In this document: in pieces, positions 49,859 to 64,000 of the stretch
Numbering within the stretch: the first letter of the stretch is position 1
Layout of the letters: each line of letters opens with the position of its first letter
Origin: Lobosporangium transversale
Lineage: Eukaryota
Reading direction: 5' to 3'
Assembly: GCF_002105155.1 (NCBI RefSeq)
Contig: NW_019029017.1
Location: 124,001 to 188,000 of the forward strand
DNA: 64,000 bases
Translations under genes and position numbers: made by a program
The notes under the pieces: generated by a model
Seen by the model: the letters and a program-made list of their open reading frames with translations, nothing else
The model's database searches: none
What the model was told of the DNA's origin: nothing

Positions 49859-51392
49859 ATGGTGTTTTACCGTTTGAAAGGTAGTCAGCCCTCGTTAGAA
49901 TTCCAACCGTTAGCTTTAATGTTCAGTTCGGTGACTGAGCTTATAATGCGCGTCAACATTTGGATGAAAAAGTCCTTATATTTCTGAGCTTTTTCATGCC
50001 TGATTATATTTTACATTAGATCTCATAAAGGCCATCCGTGCCTGTAAAACTCACGCGGATGAGCGTGCAGTCATCCAGAAAGAGTCAGCATTCATTCGTA
50101 CATCATTCAAAGAGGAAAACACAGAACTCCGTCATTCCAACATTTCGAAGCTTTTGTATATCCATATGCTTGGCTATCCTGCTCACTTTGGTCAAATTGA
50201 ATGTCTAAAGTTGGCTGCCAGTCCTTTGTTCTCAGATAAGAGACTTGGCTATCTTGGAACCATGCTACTTCTGGATGAGAATCAGGAAGTTCTTACCCTA
50301 TTAACAAACTCTTTGAAAAAGTATGATATGAATGTTTACTTTCAATAATAATTTTGATTAGTGGCACGGATATTCGCAAAATAGCAGAGATTATTTTAAT
50401 CACCTAATATTGATCAAAAGCACTAAACGAACATCTTCTTCAAACTACTTGCTTTAGTGACTTGAACCATTCCAATATGTACATTGTTGGATTGGCGCTT
50501 TGCACGCTGGGCAATATTGGGTCTGCAGAGATGTCACGAGATCTTTGTTCAGAAGTCGAGAAACTTCTTGGAAGCTCCAATATGTATATCAGGAAGAAGG
50601 TACATTCTATTGTCGTGGACCATCAGCAAGAAAAACTCAATTGTGCATGGAAGAGTCGTCGCTTTTCTTCTCACGGAACATGGTCTTTTATCGATATCAA
50701 ATGATATAACTTTTAGGCGGCTTTATGTGCTATCAGGATTATCCGTAAAGTTCCTGACCTGCAGGAGAACTTCATCCAGCGGGCCTCGTCACTTCTGAAC
50801 GACCGTAATCATGGAGTCCTTCTTTCAGGCATCACTTTGATTACCGAAATGTGTTTAGCCTCCCAAGAGACACTTTTGCATTTTCGCAAAGCGGTTCCTG
50901 TGCTCGTCCGTCACTTGAAGAGTTTAGTCAGTGCCGGCTTCTCCGCAGAGCATGATGTAACTGGAGTAACGGATCCCTTCCTGCAGATCAAAATTTTACG
51001 TCTGCTTCGCATTCTTGGAAAGGACGACGTAGAAAGTAGCGAGGCTATGAACGACATCTTGGCGCAGGTCAGTGCGGGATCATTACCTATACGAAATACT
51101 CCTCGATCCGAACCACTAATATTCAATCGAGTGATTGTCTATCTATATATAATAGGTAGCCACTAATACAGAAGCGTCTAAGAATGTCGGCAATTCCATT
51201 CTCTACGAAACCGTGTTGACGATCATGGAGACACCATCGGACAATGCTCTCAGAGTCCTTGCGATCAACATCCTTGGAAAGTTTTTAAGCAATAGAGATA
51301 ACAACATCAGGTAACAATGCAGTGATATAATACATCCTTTTACATTTAGGCTTAAATTCGTAGTTCTGATGCTAGAGCATCTATGTTGATGA

Positions 51393-51426
<34 letters not shown>

Positions 51427-53568
51427 CCTGCTTGTTTGTTTGTGACAGATATGTCGCGTTGACCACTCTCAACAAGTCAATCTCACTGGATGTCAACGCT
51501 GTTCAACGCCATCGCAATATTATTTTGGACTGCCTTCGCGATGCTGATATCTCCATTAGGAGACGCGCTCTTGAGTTGTCTTTCTCACTTATCAATGAGT
51601 CTAATGTTCGAGTGCTAACTCGAGAACTTCTGGCTTTCTTGGAGGTTGCTGATAATGAGTTCAAGCCTAGTATGACAACGAAGATTTGTCTCGCTGCAGA
51701 AAGGTAATGGTTACGGTGGTTGAATTTCATTTTATCTCATGTCAATACTTCGCCTAGTACATGATATGCTGTACTGATATCAGGACCGAATAACAATCAA
51801 TAGATTTGCACCCAATAAACGCTGGCACCTTGATACTGTTATGCGTGTGTTGAAGCTGGCAGGAAACTATGTCCGCGAGGAGATGTTAGCAGCATTTATT
51901 CGTTTGGTGACTCAGACCTCTGAACTTCAAGGATACACCGTCCAAAAGCTGTATACATCTCTCAAGGAGGACATCTCTCAAGAATCACTTACCTTGGCAG
52001 GTGTCTGGGTCATTGGTGAATATGGAGATATTTTGGTCAGTGGTGGCAGTTATGAGGAGGAGGAACTTGCTAAGGAGGTAAGCTGAAATATCAAGTCAAT
52101 ATGCAGTCAAACTTACTGGACTATATCAGTGAACTCCAGTAACCGTTCGCTCTTCTATACTCACTTTACCAGGTTTCTGAGTCTGACGTAATTGATTTAT
52201 TGGAGTCCATTTTGGCTGGACCATTCGCCAACCAAGTTCTCCGTGAGTATGTCATCACGGCCCTTATGAAGCTGACGTCCCGGTTCACTTCCCCCACATC
52301 CTCAGAAAGAGTCAAGCAACTGCTTGTAGGTTTTTCCACCTCTATTGAGGTTGAAATCCAACAACGTGCTGTTGAGTTTACCAATCTCTTCCAATATGAC
52401 GAGATCCGCCCGGCTGTACTTGAACGAATGCCTGTTATGCAGATCAAGGAAACCATCATCGCAGGCGAAAACCTCAATAGTGCAGGTAAGAGCTCTTCTG
52501 TTCCTTGGAACCTATTCCATTGACCAACTCTCATCATTTTAATAACTCCTCCTTGGATTTTATTTCACAGCTTCAGGCAGCTCAGGAACACAGGCAAGCA
52601 GTTCAGCGGGACCAAGTGACCAGGATGTAAGTAACCTTCATCTTCATCTCCACCTACAAGCTAGTGGCAAAGGAACAATATAGCGCTAATATTCACTCGT
52701 GCTTTGTCTCTTATTATATTATCATGAATTAGCTTCTTCTCGATTTGATGGGTATCGGAACTAGTGGAGGCACCACTAATGCACAAATTTCAACAGGAAC
52801 ACCGGCGTCGTCCGGAAATGGTGCTGGTAACAATATTGACCTTCTAGCTGATCTCTTTGGCGGATCAAGTGTATCCAGTCCACCAGCGGCCACCAACCAA
52901 TCTGCAGCTGCTGTTAGTAACCTCTTCTCAGGCATGGGTGATGTCGCTGCTGCATCGCCTTCGCCTTCGGCCGCCGGTAACAATATTTTGGATCTTCTTG
53001 GAGGGGGTATGGCTGCGCCATCTGCATCGCCCACGTCTACTCCAGCAAATGCCAGGAACGCATCAAGTAATAGCAACGGATCCACGTCGAACCAGTCAAC
53101 GCCCTCTCAAAAGACTCACCCTGTCTACTCAAAGAATGGTCTTAATATTGTATTTAACCCACAGCGCGATAGTACCAATCCTAATGTGGTCAACATTCAG
53201 GCAACATTTACAAACGATAGCAATCTCTCTGGAGGCACTATCAGTGGTCTTCAGTTCCATGCGGCCGTTCCCAAGACACAGCAATTGCAGATGCGCCCAG
53301 CGTCATCTAATGAGATTGCTCCTGGAGGTTCTGCAACTCAGTTACTCAAGATCGCCAACCCTCAAAAAGTAATGTTCTACTCTTGCATCTTTAATCGGCT
53401 AATTTTAAAGTGATTACATGAGAGTTAACGATTCGTTTAAATATATTGAAAATCATTTGCTTATAGACACCTGTTCGACTTCGTCTCAAGATCGTATATA
53501 CCACAGCGAACCATGGTGCCGTGACTGATCTCTCAGAATTTGCAGGATTTCCAGAGGGTGCTTATTAA
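49859..53568 (+). CDS. APL4: AP-1 complex gamma adaptin
   Basis: [60 protein letters not shown], hinge with DLL motifs, GAE ear [13 protein letters not shown]. Many introns. Confidence 0.96.
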
Positions 53569-54064
53569 GTCTAGAAGTACAGAAAGCATAGGCATGATAC
53601 AAGCAGGAGAAAACTTTGAGTTAATAGATGAATAGGCAATAATTCTTTTTATAAAAAAAAAAAAAAAAAAAAAAATAGTTTCCTGTTGAACCAATTGATG
53701 ATCGACCGGACCCTTGAACTTGTTCTTCAAAATGTGTGATGCTTCAGGGCGAATAGCAGCGCGAACCGAGAGGCTCAATTTCCCCACATCTTGTATATCA
53801 CACCCTTAATACCAGAGATGATGTCTTACAAAATACAGTTCTAGTAAATCACAAATGAAAATGGTCCATTTTTTTTTTAAAAACTCTCTCTCCCATGACA
53901 TGGCAAATGAAGAAGGATATTGATAATTGGGTTGTTATCTCTCTTCCCCCTCAGATCAAGTTTCATCTGAAAAATTTTCGTGACTAGATGAACGGCACTG
54001 TATAAAAAGACATCGTTGTTCCCACATCCTTTATTATATTTCTTCTCTTTATATCGTCGACATC

Positions 54065-54693
54065 ATGGCTTCTCGATCAACCATCACCTGCTTTTATGAT
54101 ATCGTTTCGCCTTATAGTTACTTTGGTGTCAAGTTGCTCAACCGGTACCGACAACAACCTCAGTGGCAAAACGTTGCTGTCGAATTCCGACCTGTGTTCC
54201 TGGGTGGGATCATGAATGTAAAGAAACATTAGAAAGAATGAACAGAAGATGCGAGATGCTGAATTGGATGGGAGGAACAAGAATGCCATTGGTATTCCGC
54301 TTTTTTTTTTTTTTTTTTTTTTTTTTCCCTTTTTTCTCAGACTTCTTTTCTTGACTTTTAAAAACAAATAGGGTGCTAAAAACCAGCCTCCTGCTACGAT
54401 CCCTGCAAAGGGCAAATACATGGTAGATACAATAAGAAAAAAAAAAAGTTGGCTTTTGTGCTGTTGTTATCAGGTGGTGTCATCAATTCGGCTAACTGAC
54501 ACACAAAAAAACCAGATTAAAGATCTTCATACGATTAGCAAAATTACTGGGATCCCCTTCCAGTTCTCCTCCAACTTCCCTTTGTTGACTATTCCTACTA
54601 TGCGCTTACTCATTGCTATTCAGAAGCATGAGTCAGCCAAGTATGAGCAATGTATCGAAAAGGTAAAGAAAAAAGCTCTTCGTTATTTGAGGG

Positions 54694-54726
<33 letters not shown>

Positions 54727-55248
54727 ACAAAGACTTGATGATACTAAGAGCTCTCTTATTGTCTCAATTGCTTGTTATATCCATTTATTCCATAGCTCTA
54801 TGTAAGTTGAGAACAAAGTCATTTTATTATCTATTTTTTTTTTTTTTTTTTTTTCATCTTTATATTGCTTTTTATTTATTCACTTTCTTTGCCTGTTTTT
54901 TGTTCAATCGATGGGTAGGATGAGTACTGGGTCCAGGACAATGATGTGACCGATGCTGCTATCCTTGTGAAGGCACTCTCCCCAATTTTGGGCTCGGCCA
55001 ATGCTGTTGAAAAATACCTTCAAATGACATCTGATAAAGGCATCAAACAAACATTGATGGACAACACACAGCAAGCAGTTGACATTGGTGCCTTTGGTGC
55101 CCCTACTTTCATCGTTAAGAAGGCTGGTACAGAAGCAGGAGAGGAAGTCATGTTCTTTGGTTCAGACCGTTTTGAAATGATGGCTTCGTTCTTGGACTTG
55201 CCATATCCCGGCATTACCTTCCATAAAACGTCTTCACCAAAGCTATAA
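54065..55248 (+). CDS. Glutathione S-transferase kappa / DsbA-like thioredoxin-fold protein
   Basis: FYDIVSPYSY, FRPVFLGGIM, GAKNQPPATIPAKGKY and GAFGAPTF...FFGSDRFE. Four exons. Ends in PKL. Confidence 0.92.
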
Positions 55249-55317
55249 TTTTTTATGAAAATTAAAAAGGGAGACACGTGTTTCTAGATCAAATACATGT
55301 ATACAACTTATTGCAAA

Positions 55318-55348
<31 letters not shown>

Positions 55349-57332
55349 GAGAGAGAGATAAATAACATTAAGGCTATTAGCAGCTAAAAACACCGCTGAG
55401 AACTTTTTAAGCGGTTACACTTTTCTGGATCTGTATAATATTCTCCTAGTCCTAGTTAAAATGAAAATAAAAGGCCGGTCGTTCTAGGCGAAGATATTGC
55501 CGAAAATGATAAGTATACAAAAAAAAGTACAAGTTGAGGAATCTGAAGGGTAAGAAATGTGATCGTGATCATGGCTACTGTGTTAATTAGACGTTAATAA
55601 AGCGGCTCCCCCATTGAGAATGTGAGAGAGGGTGCACGCTTTACACAAGAGAGCGTACAAAGAATTTTTTATTTTTTATCTACTACGGAAAGAGCCCAAA
55701 CTGGCACTAAAACGCGTCAATGTGACAAGGAAATGTAACCAGTCCGAAGCCCACACGTTGTCTCTCGAGCCAATAATATTAAGCGCTTGGAGCATTCGCC
55801 CTCCAAAATAGCTACACTTGGCGTCTATGATTGTGAAAATAGTTCTGTGACAGTAATATAGGTTTTACATCCTCAGCCAATCTTTGGCTGACGTGCAAGC
55901 GTGTGTGTACATGTACCAAGGCCCGAATATAAGATTTTTCTGTCAGCGATGGTAATGTCTACAAGAAGCGCAGACACATGGTCTCTTTGTTTTGTGGTGG
56001 CCCCAATTCAAATTTAGTAATCAAACACACACTACAAATGCTTCGCTGCGGAAAATGAAGAAATAAAAAAAAGGCCTCTGTGATTAGTGTTGGTCACAAC
56101 TTCCAGGGCGGGTAGGATAAGTGGATTTATGGCCTTGAATAGGCTCTATTAGCTTTCTATCCGATATGATTACCTCAATATCATCTTTATATAAACATGA
56201 GAATGCGGCTAATTACCTTTTGATCCACTAAGGACCTTTACCCATTTATCAATTCTCTTTCAGGAAGATTACTATTCAGAACTAAGAACTAGGGGTGACC
56301 AGGTTACTGATGGTCACTTAATTGGGCAGGGTCCGCCCAGATCTATAATCAGGATACTCCAGTGGATTTTAGAGAGCTCTCCTTCATGTACCCATTTTTC
56401 TGATGTGCAGACAAAAGACCGAGGTTCAGGTAAAATAGGGATTATTAAAAAAAAAAATTCCCATGGTCCTCTCTCTCCCTCCTGAGCAACATGTTTATGT
56501 TAAAATCCTGGCCCAATATATCGAGGACATAATATAGTAAATACAAAAAAAAAAAAAAAAAAAAAACGCGCTCGGAATGATGGTGAATGAGTGCAAACAA
56601 GGCGATGTCGTTTTAAACTTCTCTTTCTTACCTCTCTTTCCTTTTAAAGATAACGTGCAAATGAGGTATTACTTTGACAGTGAAATCCACGATCTGATTA
56701 TAAAAAGAGAGGTAAGAAAAAACAAAGTAGGCTGCATTCTTCATTCTTTTTTTTTTTTTTCTTCTTCCTCTTCTTTCTATTTCTACAAATTTCCTCTTGT
56801 TTTTTTTTTTACTTCACGCCTTGTACTTACTACCTGCTTTTTCTTTGTATGTAAATCGCGTCGCACTCGTATCTCAATTTCTTTTTGTTTTTGCTTTAGC
56901 ATTTCGGTATAGCACTCTTGACCATTAACTTCATACATCTCTATCCCCCGCATCAGTAGGTTAGCAAAAAAAGAAAAGAAAGAATGATGAGACAGATGAG
57001 ACAGATGAGAAATACAAGTAAAAAGAAGGCAAAAAAAAAAAGTCAACAGCCATAAAAGTTCGTCCGAGGATTGTGAGCGTTCCTTGAATGGAGGGGCCAA
57101 CACCTTTACCTGTTTTGATCTAAGAGAAATGAAGTGACAAAGGGAAGGAACAACATAATATATGAATACACCAACAATGTGCAAATGAGGGGAGATGGCT
57201 GGTTTTCAGGGGAGTGGGAGGTTGAAGAAGCGACAAGATTCGCTCCTTACTGTTGTGCAAACAACCATTACCTTTCCATTTCCTCCTTTTAGTATTTTAT
57301 ACACAGGTGTTTTAATATGAACAAGTCATCCA

Positions 57333-58775
57333 ATGTCTAATGGCTTTTTGCTATCTCTGCCTATCCGGAAATGGTGCTCCTTAGGCTGGAATATCGAGCA
57401 GATGAACAACTACTTCCCTATTAGCAAGTTCGAACACGTCCACCCTGTGGATCTTTGTCCACCGCCATGCCGTTTTATTCGCGAACGTTCCCAAAAGATT
57501 GGCTGGACTAATGTTACTGTCATCTACGAAGGTGCTCTTAGTTCCAACCTCCCAGGCTTGGATGATCTCAAGGGTAAGTTTAATCTTGTGACGATGTCCT
57601 ATCTTTCCATGATAGGCAATATTTATGCTCTAGTCGATCACATCCAAACCTTGCTCGAGTTCAAGACTGGTGTCACCGGTGTCTCTGACTTTTACACTTC
57701 CAGAAATGTGACTAAACCCAGCGTTTATGGGGTTGAGGATTACCAATCCAACTGGCTCACCCACAACTTTTAGCAAATTTGATTCTCGTTTGATCATGTC
57801 CACCATGCTTCGCATCGCGAGTATCTGGAGCACCGTTTTGGTGTCAAGAAAGTGATCAATGGCTGAAACCACTTTGTCATTCCCTTTATTGTCTAGATCC
57901 CTTATTATATCTGGCTGGAGTAAAAGAAGCGCTCAGATGTCCGGAGAGATCGATCAACTCTCACCATTGCTCTCACCAGCAGCGTTGCAATTCTGGTACA
58001 AGAACAAGGATTCCTTTGACAGTAGTTTCTATGAAGCGAGATACACTGGATTAGCCTTCTGGGCCTTCAAATGCCTCGCACATGTGATGGGTGTGGAGAA
58101 GGCCGTGGAGTAGGCCGTTGCCACCGACGATATTGAGGCTCAGTATCGGGTATGGGAGAGGGTGGTCAAGTCAGCAGTGTTTCTAGCATGGTTGCTCGAG
58201 CGGGCGATGTCACATCCGGCGTTCTTGTGGAATACATTGGGTGTGCCTGTGAATCAGTGGAAAATGATCTTAGATGAAGGTACTACAGCGAGGTACTTTT
58301 ATGATACACTTGATCTGGTCATGGAGCGTTCGCTGTTCAGGAATGATCAGTACTTTTACTACATGATTATTGTCCGCAAGTACACCCGAGAGCCTTGTCC
58401 ATCCAACCTCACTGAGGCTGTATGCCAGGTGCTTAAAGAAGACAAAGCAACGGATGCGATGCTTCTACATACAAAATCAATTACACAAGTGCTAAAATCG
58501 TTTGTTAACGGAGAGCTGGCCAAGGCCGTGAGATAGATCACATGGACTGGTTTCCGTTTGAGAATGCAGAAGAAGAGACCAGGGAGGTTTGTAGAACAGT
58601 GCGCAAGGGAGGTATGGTTCTGTGGAGGAGTGCTGGACCTATGCCTTGGTGTAATGCCATGTTTGAGAAGCATGAATTCACAGTTGAGACAGTTGATGTC
58701 CGTATCCCTGGCAGTGACGCCTCAGTTGGTCGAACCAATAGATATGCTTCCTGGTACAAGGCCATCAAACAGTGA
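57333..58775 (+). pseudogene. Betaine lipid (DGTS) synthase BTA1-like pseudogene
   Basis: BtaB-like methyltransferase remnants (VDLCP...GWTNVTVI, MSYLSMIG, GVSDFY) then BtaA/DUF3419-like remnants (LWNTLGVPVNQW, DQYFY, MDWF, GGMVLWRSA, NRYASW). In-frame stops (57771, 58111), frameshifts and an internal deletion. Confidence 0.8.
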
Positions 58776-60037
58776 AAGAAAGAAAGGAAAGAAAAAAAAA
58801 AAAAAAAAAAAAAAAAAACTCATTGACATGGAAAGCCAAATAGGAATGTTCGCGGTTTTTGCTGTTAATATCACTATTATTATCATTATTACAATTATCG
58901 TTATTGTTATTATGACTACTATTGTTACTATCACTTCTTCCCTCATCCTTTTACTGCACTCTATATAAAAAGATGCGTTAAATGTGACAGGAAAGTCCTG
59001 ATCAAAATTTTACAGAAGTCTGTGCTCTCAAATTCAGAGATTGAAAATGATGATGGAGGAGAAAATTTGTTTATGTACATGTACATGTACGCGACATACG
59101 CGCTCTTGGGAGATGAAGGTTAGTTAGTATATGTAATAAAGATTGCATGGGCATCTTAATATTTTTCCACAATGTAGTTGCTTTGCGCTACTCTGTTGGC
59201 AATGAAGCAAGCTCTCAGAACTTTAAATTAATTCGTTCACATCCAACCATGTTCTCGTTTTCTGATTGTCGGTTTTTCATTATTATTAATATTATTATTA
59301 TTTTCATAAATCATGTCATCTCATTTAAAATATTCATCACCATGGCATTTGGCTTTCTCATTAAAGGTCTTGTTGTTTTTTGCTGTTGTTTGTGGGGATG
59401 GAATTGCGTACCTTTTTTTTTTTATCATTTATTTATTTAACAAAGGATTTTTTATAGTGTGGGGGATAGTGATGGGCAGTGTGACAAGAGTCGACGGAGG
59501 GTGTGCTCACTTTTCTGGGGTGTGTGTTAGTCTACTTTAATACATGGAGCATCGACAAACAAACAGTTACATCGCCCTAGCACAACCAAACTAAAATTAG
59601 GCAACCTTCAAAGGATAATTCGTCGACTGCAAGGAACAAAAGGAACAAGGGTGCTTACAACATGTGCTTAACAACCATGCAAACCTATTCTACATGTACA
59701 ATGTGTATTATAACTGACTGAGCAATACCATCTGGACAAGCAATTTTTTTTTTTTCCTTCTTCATCTCCACCTTCTTCTTCTTCTTATTTCTCCTCTCCT
59801 CTTCTCCTTCATTAACCATCATCATCATCATCTTTTCCTTGTCTTTTTTTTTTTATTTTTTTTTATTTAAAAAAAATCCTCCGTGCCTAAACGTCTCATT
59901 CATTCATTCAATTCTCATTTGACCTTCCATTCTCCTGAACAAGCCTTTTTCATTATTACTTCTTACACAGTTAAAAAAAAAAATAAAAAAAAAAAGGAGA
60001 AGGAAAAGGAGCGGAAGAAAATAAAAAATAAAAAAAA

Positions 60038-62839
60038 ATGTCAGCGGCGGATGTCTCTTTGACCATATCAAAGTCGTCTGCTAGATCTGGATCTGAATCT
60101 GATTCCACAATAACAGTACAAAATGCATGTAAACCCGTACACAGCTTAGACACACATGCAATAGCAACATCCTCGCACCAGCAAATTCTCGACCATGACA
60201 AAGCAATAGAAGCAATTGAAGCAACAGGCGCAACAAAAGCACATCATTCTAATTATCATCAGCCTTCTCTCCCTCCTCTTTCTCCTTTTGAACCCATTTC
60301 CTCCACTTCAACGAGTCCCACTGCGAGTACCACAGCCCCTTCTCCACCTCCTTCTCCTTCTCCATTCCCATCTCCATCTTTATCATTATCTCCTCTTCCC
60401 TCTCATTCTTGCTATTACTCCCCTGTGACCACGCCCTATCCCATCGTATACTCTTCTCCCTCTCTTATTGACTCTGCCCGTTCTGCTTCCTCTTCTGCAT
60501 CAGCCCTTCATTCACTCTCTTCTTCCCCATTCACTTCTCACCCACCACTTCGATCTTCCATCCCTCCCCCTCCATTATATTCCCTTCCACTTTCACTTTC
60601 GCTCTCACTTGACCCATCGCAACCACAGTCACAACAACACATCTCCAACAATACCACTACCAGACCTTTGTCATTGTCTCTTTCTCTTTCCTCTCCTTCT
60701 TCTCCTTCTGTTCATGCATCTGGTTCTTATCCTCAACTAGAGTCACATTCAAACTCATATTTTCCACCTCTGTATCAAGATTGGAGAAACATTCCCAGTA
60801 TCATGTCAACTTATCCGCCACCGCCCTTGTCCCCGGTCATTCCTTCAATCCCACAATTATCCACACACTCGCCACAAAGTGTTTACAACCTTGGAGATGG
60901 TCAAGAACAAGCCAACAACAGCCCTACACCCAGCTTAACTAATACATCCATAACTACAACCAACAACACCCGTCCTCGTTCCGTCCTTGACCTGGCCATC
61001 GACACCGCAAGTACAAATCCTGCTGGTCGTCGTGTGCGAAGGAACGTTGTGACTCGATGGCGAAATATTCCTCGCAACGCACGTATCTTTCTGACGTTTA
61101 ATGTTGTCATGACAATAGCCAAGGTATGTGACAACGAAACTTTTTTAATTTATCATTCGGTATATTCTTCCATGCAGAAATACATCTCCCATCTCGTAAT
61201 CATGGAGTGCGTCATTTAGTCTGTTTGAACCTTGGGAATTTTTAAAAAGTTTATTCAATATCGACCCGTTACTTCTTGCAGCCGTTTTGTGTTCTCCAGA
61301 AAGCCTTCATTCTATTCTTACCATTATCAGCAGCACTCTCACCATCATTCCTAAAGCGGGTCACCACAGCACACCAAAAAATGATGGAGATTGACCTCTC
61401 AGAAACAATAATGTCGGGGTTAGAAGAAAGAGACAATAAACTCGTTCATCATCTGGACAGTAAGGGTTCGATCAATCATGGCAAAAAAGTACAGGCATCA
61501 CTTCATAGAACACAAAACACATACACACACGCATACAGTATAAAAGAATCCATGGTGAAGCTTTTCAGTTCCTTCATCTCCATTATTCAGTACATTTTAA
61601 GACGCATACAGGCTCCTTGATCTCTGGAGCTTTTATATATACATATATATATATAAATGTATGTGTGTGTGTTTATGCATACAAGTATTTTTCGTTAGAT
61701 GACACCAACTGAAATACCGATATATTTGGCTTTTTTTTTTTTTTATTATTTTGCTACTATTGTGCATATAGATTGTGTCAACAATCGTAGTTTTGATCTT
61801 AGATAAAGATGCATACTGCCCGTATCTAAAGGTTTTGCTTCTGCTCTATGCTATCCGATCGGCTATTGGCCTACCCTTCTCAGCTTATGCTCACTTACAC
61901 CCACGTATCCAGGGAGCACCACTCACGACTCGTGACATTATTCTGGAACGACAAAGGACTTTAATGGAGATTGCAGGAACCTGTCTGTTCTTTCTTTCCA
62001 ACTACTTTTTGTTCACTCAGGTCGACTGTCGAGTGAGAGCACCTGCGGTTTTTTACATGACAGTTGTTCATGTGATTCTGGGCTATATTGTCATTCTCAT
62101 CCCCATCATTTTATGCTTGGCTGTCATCCTATGTTTGCCATTGGTGCTCCATATCATGCGTGCTCTGGATCTAGGCCCTGTTGTAGGGGTCAAAGGAGCA
62201 ACCGACGAAATGATTGATGCTATCCCAATTGTCAAATATCGCAGACCTGTTGAAGTAGCAACGAATGAGAGCACTCGAAGCACAGTGGTGGATTTAAGTT
62301 CGACGGATGATAGGATTGAAGCAGGAACGCCTTTGTCAATCATAGCTCCTACAACTAGCGCTCCATCAGCTGTATTGGGTGCACCCAATTCATCTTCAGT
62401 ACCACAGTCTGCACCCCAAACACCAAAGAGAGGTCTATTTGGGTTTTATAAGAGAGGCAAAAAGTTGTCTGGAACGAACAAGAATAGTGATGGGTCTCTA
62501 CCCTCACAGGATAGCAATTCGGTCGAATATTTGACGTTGTCAGACCCGCAGGATGCGATTTGTGCGATCTGTCTTTGTGACTATGAGAATGAGGAAGTTT
62601 TGCGAAAGATGAACTGTAACCATTACTTTCACAAGGATTGTGTGGATGAATGGCTGCGGTTGAATAGATGCTGTCCACTATGTAAACGCGATATTGAGGA
62701 GCTTGCAGGAGTGCGGGAGCCAACAGATACGAACACAGGAACAGGAACACAAGCAACGACCTCTTCACCATTGTCTTCATCACCTTCTCCAACTCTGCCA
62801 TCTGTGTCGCAACCTACTATGACTGGATCTCGTTCATGA
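60038..62839 (+). CDS. Membrane-anchored RING-H2 E3 ubiquitin ligase
   Basis: Ser/Pro-rich exon 1 (to ~61122). Exon 2 from ~61772 has several TM helices, GATDEMIDAIP and CAICLCDY...CNHYFHKDCVDEWL...CPLCK. Confidence 0.92.
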
Positions 62840-62869
62840 TTATCCAGGTGAACATAATCAATTTACGAC

Positions 62870-62904
<35 letters not shown>

Positions 62905-64000
62905 TTACAAAGCCTGTGCCTGTAATTGTAAAAATGTATTCTAGAAGAAAATAAATAAATAAATAAATAAAAGACAATGTACGTCATGATCATCGGGGGA
63001 GGTTAAAAAATAAGGGGGCGTAGTGTTCTTTAAAAGTTGTTTGTTAAAAAGTCGAAAGAATGACCGGAGCTTACGACTGTCGAAACTTCACCATTGTACT
63101 TTCTTGGTCCAAAAATGGACTGGATTGTCAAGAAGTTTGTTCATTACGTGAGGCACTTGAGCAGCTACATGTACTTGCAATACTTTAAAGGGCATGGTTC
63201 AAAAACAAAAACAAAAGATCCCCTATTTTTTTTTTTTCTTTTCTTTTTTACTTCTCACAATAAGTATATATCCGTATATGGTATGTGGCAGGCCATTAGT
63301 TAACGCCATGATGTTGTCTGTTCTTTCCCTTTGTACTCCAAGGGACGAGGTACTTAAAGAAAGAGAGAGAGGAGAGATGATGTTCATGCATTTTGAGAGA
63401 TTATAGGCAATGACGGACAAACATCAACTCAACCGAGAAGGACGCAGATGTTGTTGATATGCTGATAGAGCATAAATATAAACAAAGAGTTTGTTCGATT
63501 ATTATTATTATTATTATTATTATTTTGTCTATCACCGAGTAATGACTTGCCTAGCAATAATCATGCACAATGTGGAAGGAGAGAGAGTCTGTTGTGAAAA
63601 GATAAATAATAAGAAGGTACAATAGTCCGCAAAATAAATAAGAAAACGATGCCAAAGAGTAAATAGAAAACAAAGGTGCTCTATGTTCATGTATGATGTA
63701 TAATATAATATATTCATGATGAGTTTAGTTAGTGAGGGTTCCAACAGAGCTTTAAACTGCTCATGGAGATTCCTCATGACAATTAACTCCAGATCCGTTA
63801 TTCAGAACAAATTTCTTTCATCTTTGAAAAGTAACGCCTACACACATTATATTTACAAAACTTGTACACAACAGGAAAAGGCTACAAAAAAAAAAGCGCA
63901 ACTTTGCTAGCCTAGAGATCACAAAGATTGTCAATATGATATAAACATATTTGTGTAGTTCTACTGAACAATGTCGCTGAACCATGCATAAAACAATGTT

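Noticed and set aside
22985..55248. Peroxisomal gene cluster (ACOX PTS2, IDE SKL, GST-kappa PKL)
   Set aside because: Genes are far apart and interspersed with unrelated genes, so coincidence suffices.

Overview
Intron-rich, AT-rich eukaryotic DNA with GT-AG introns and many long poly(A)/poly(T) tracts. It is most consistent with an early-diverging fungus (Mucoromycota, Mortierellaceae-like; inference). Most of the window is housekeeping genes: bZIP factor, GGQ peptidyl-tRNA hydrolase, UIM-bearing TDP1, lipid-anchored TKL kinase, PIG-F/GPI11, acyl-CoA oxidase, LOC1-like protein, insulysin, ABCC transporter, AP-1 gamma adaptin, GST-kappa and a TM-RING E3. There are also two pseudogenes (alpha-arrestin-like and BTA1-like). 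The standout is an accessory island at ~39.2-45.8 kb. It holds a spliced minus-strand gene that, as I reconstruct it, fuses a FEN1/XPG/EXO1-type PIN+H3TH nuclease to a Fanzor/TnpB-type RuvC-zinc-finger nuclease (~1232 aa after one frameshift and removal of a 485-nt insertion). A decayed second Fanzor paralog points the opposite way. Both copies end in the same conserved, intron-interrupted 3' module (candidate spliced omegaRNA and/or micropeptide). Two small terminal-inverted-repeat insertions are nested in the island, one present twice. All exon models were read by eye; no database searches were run.
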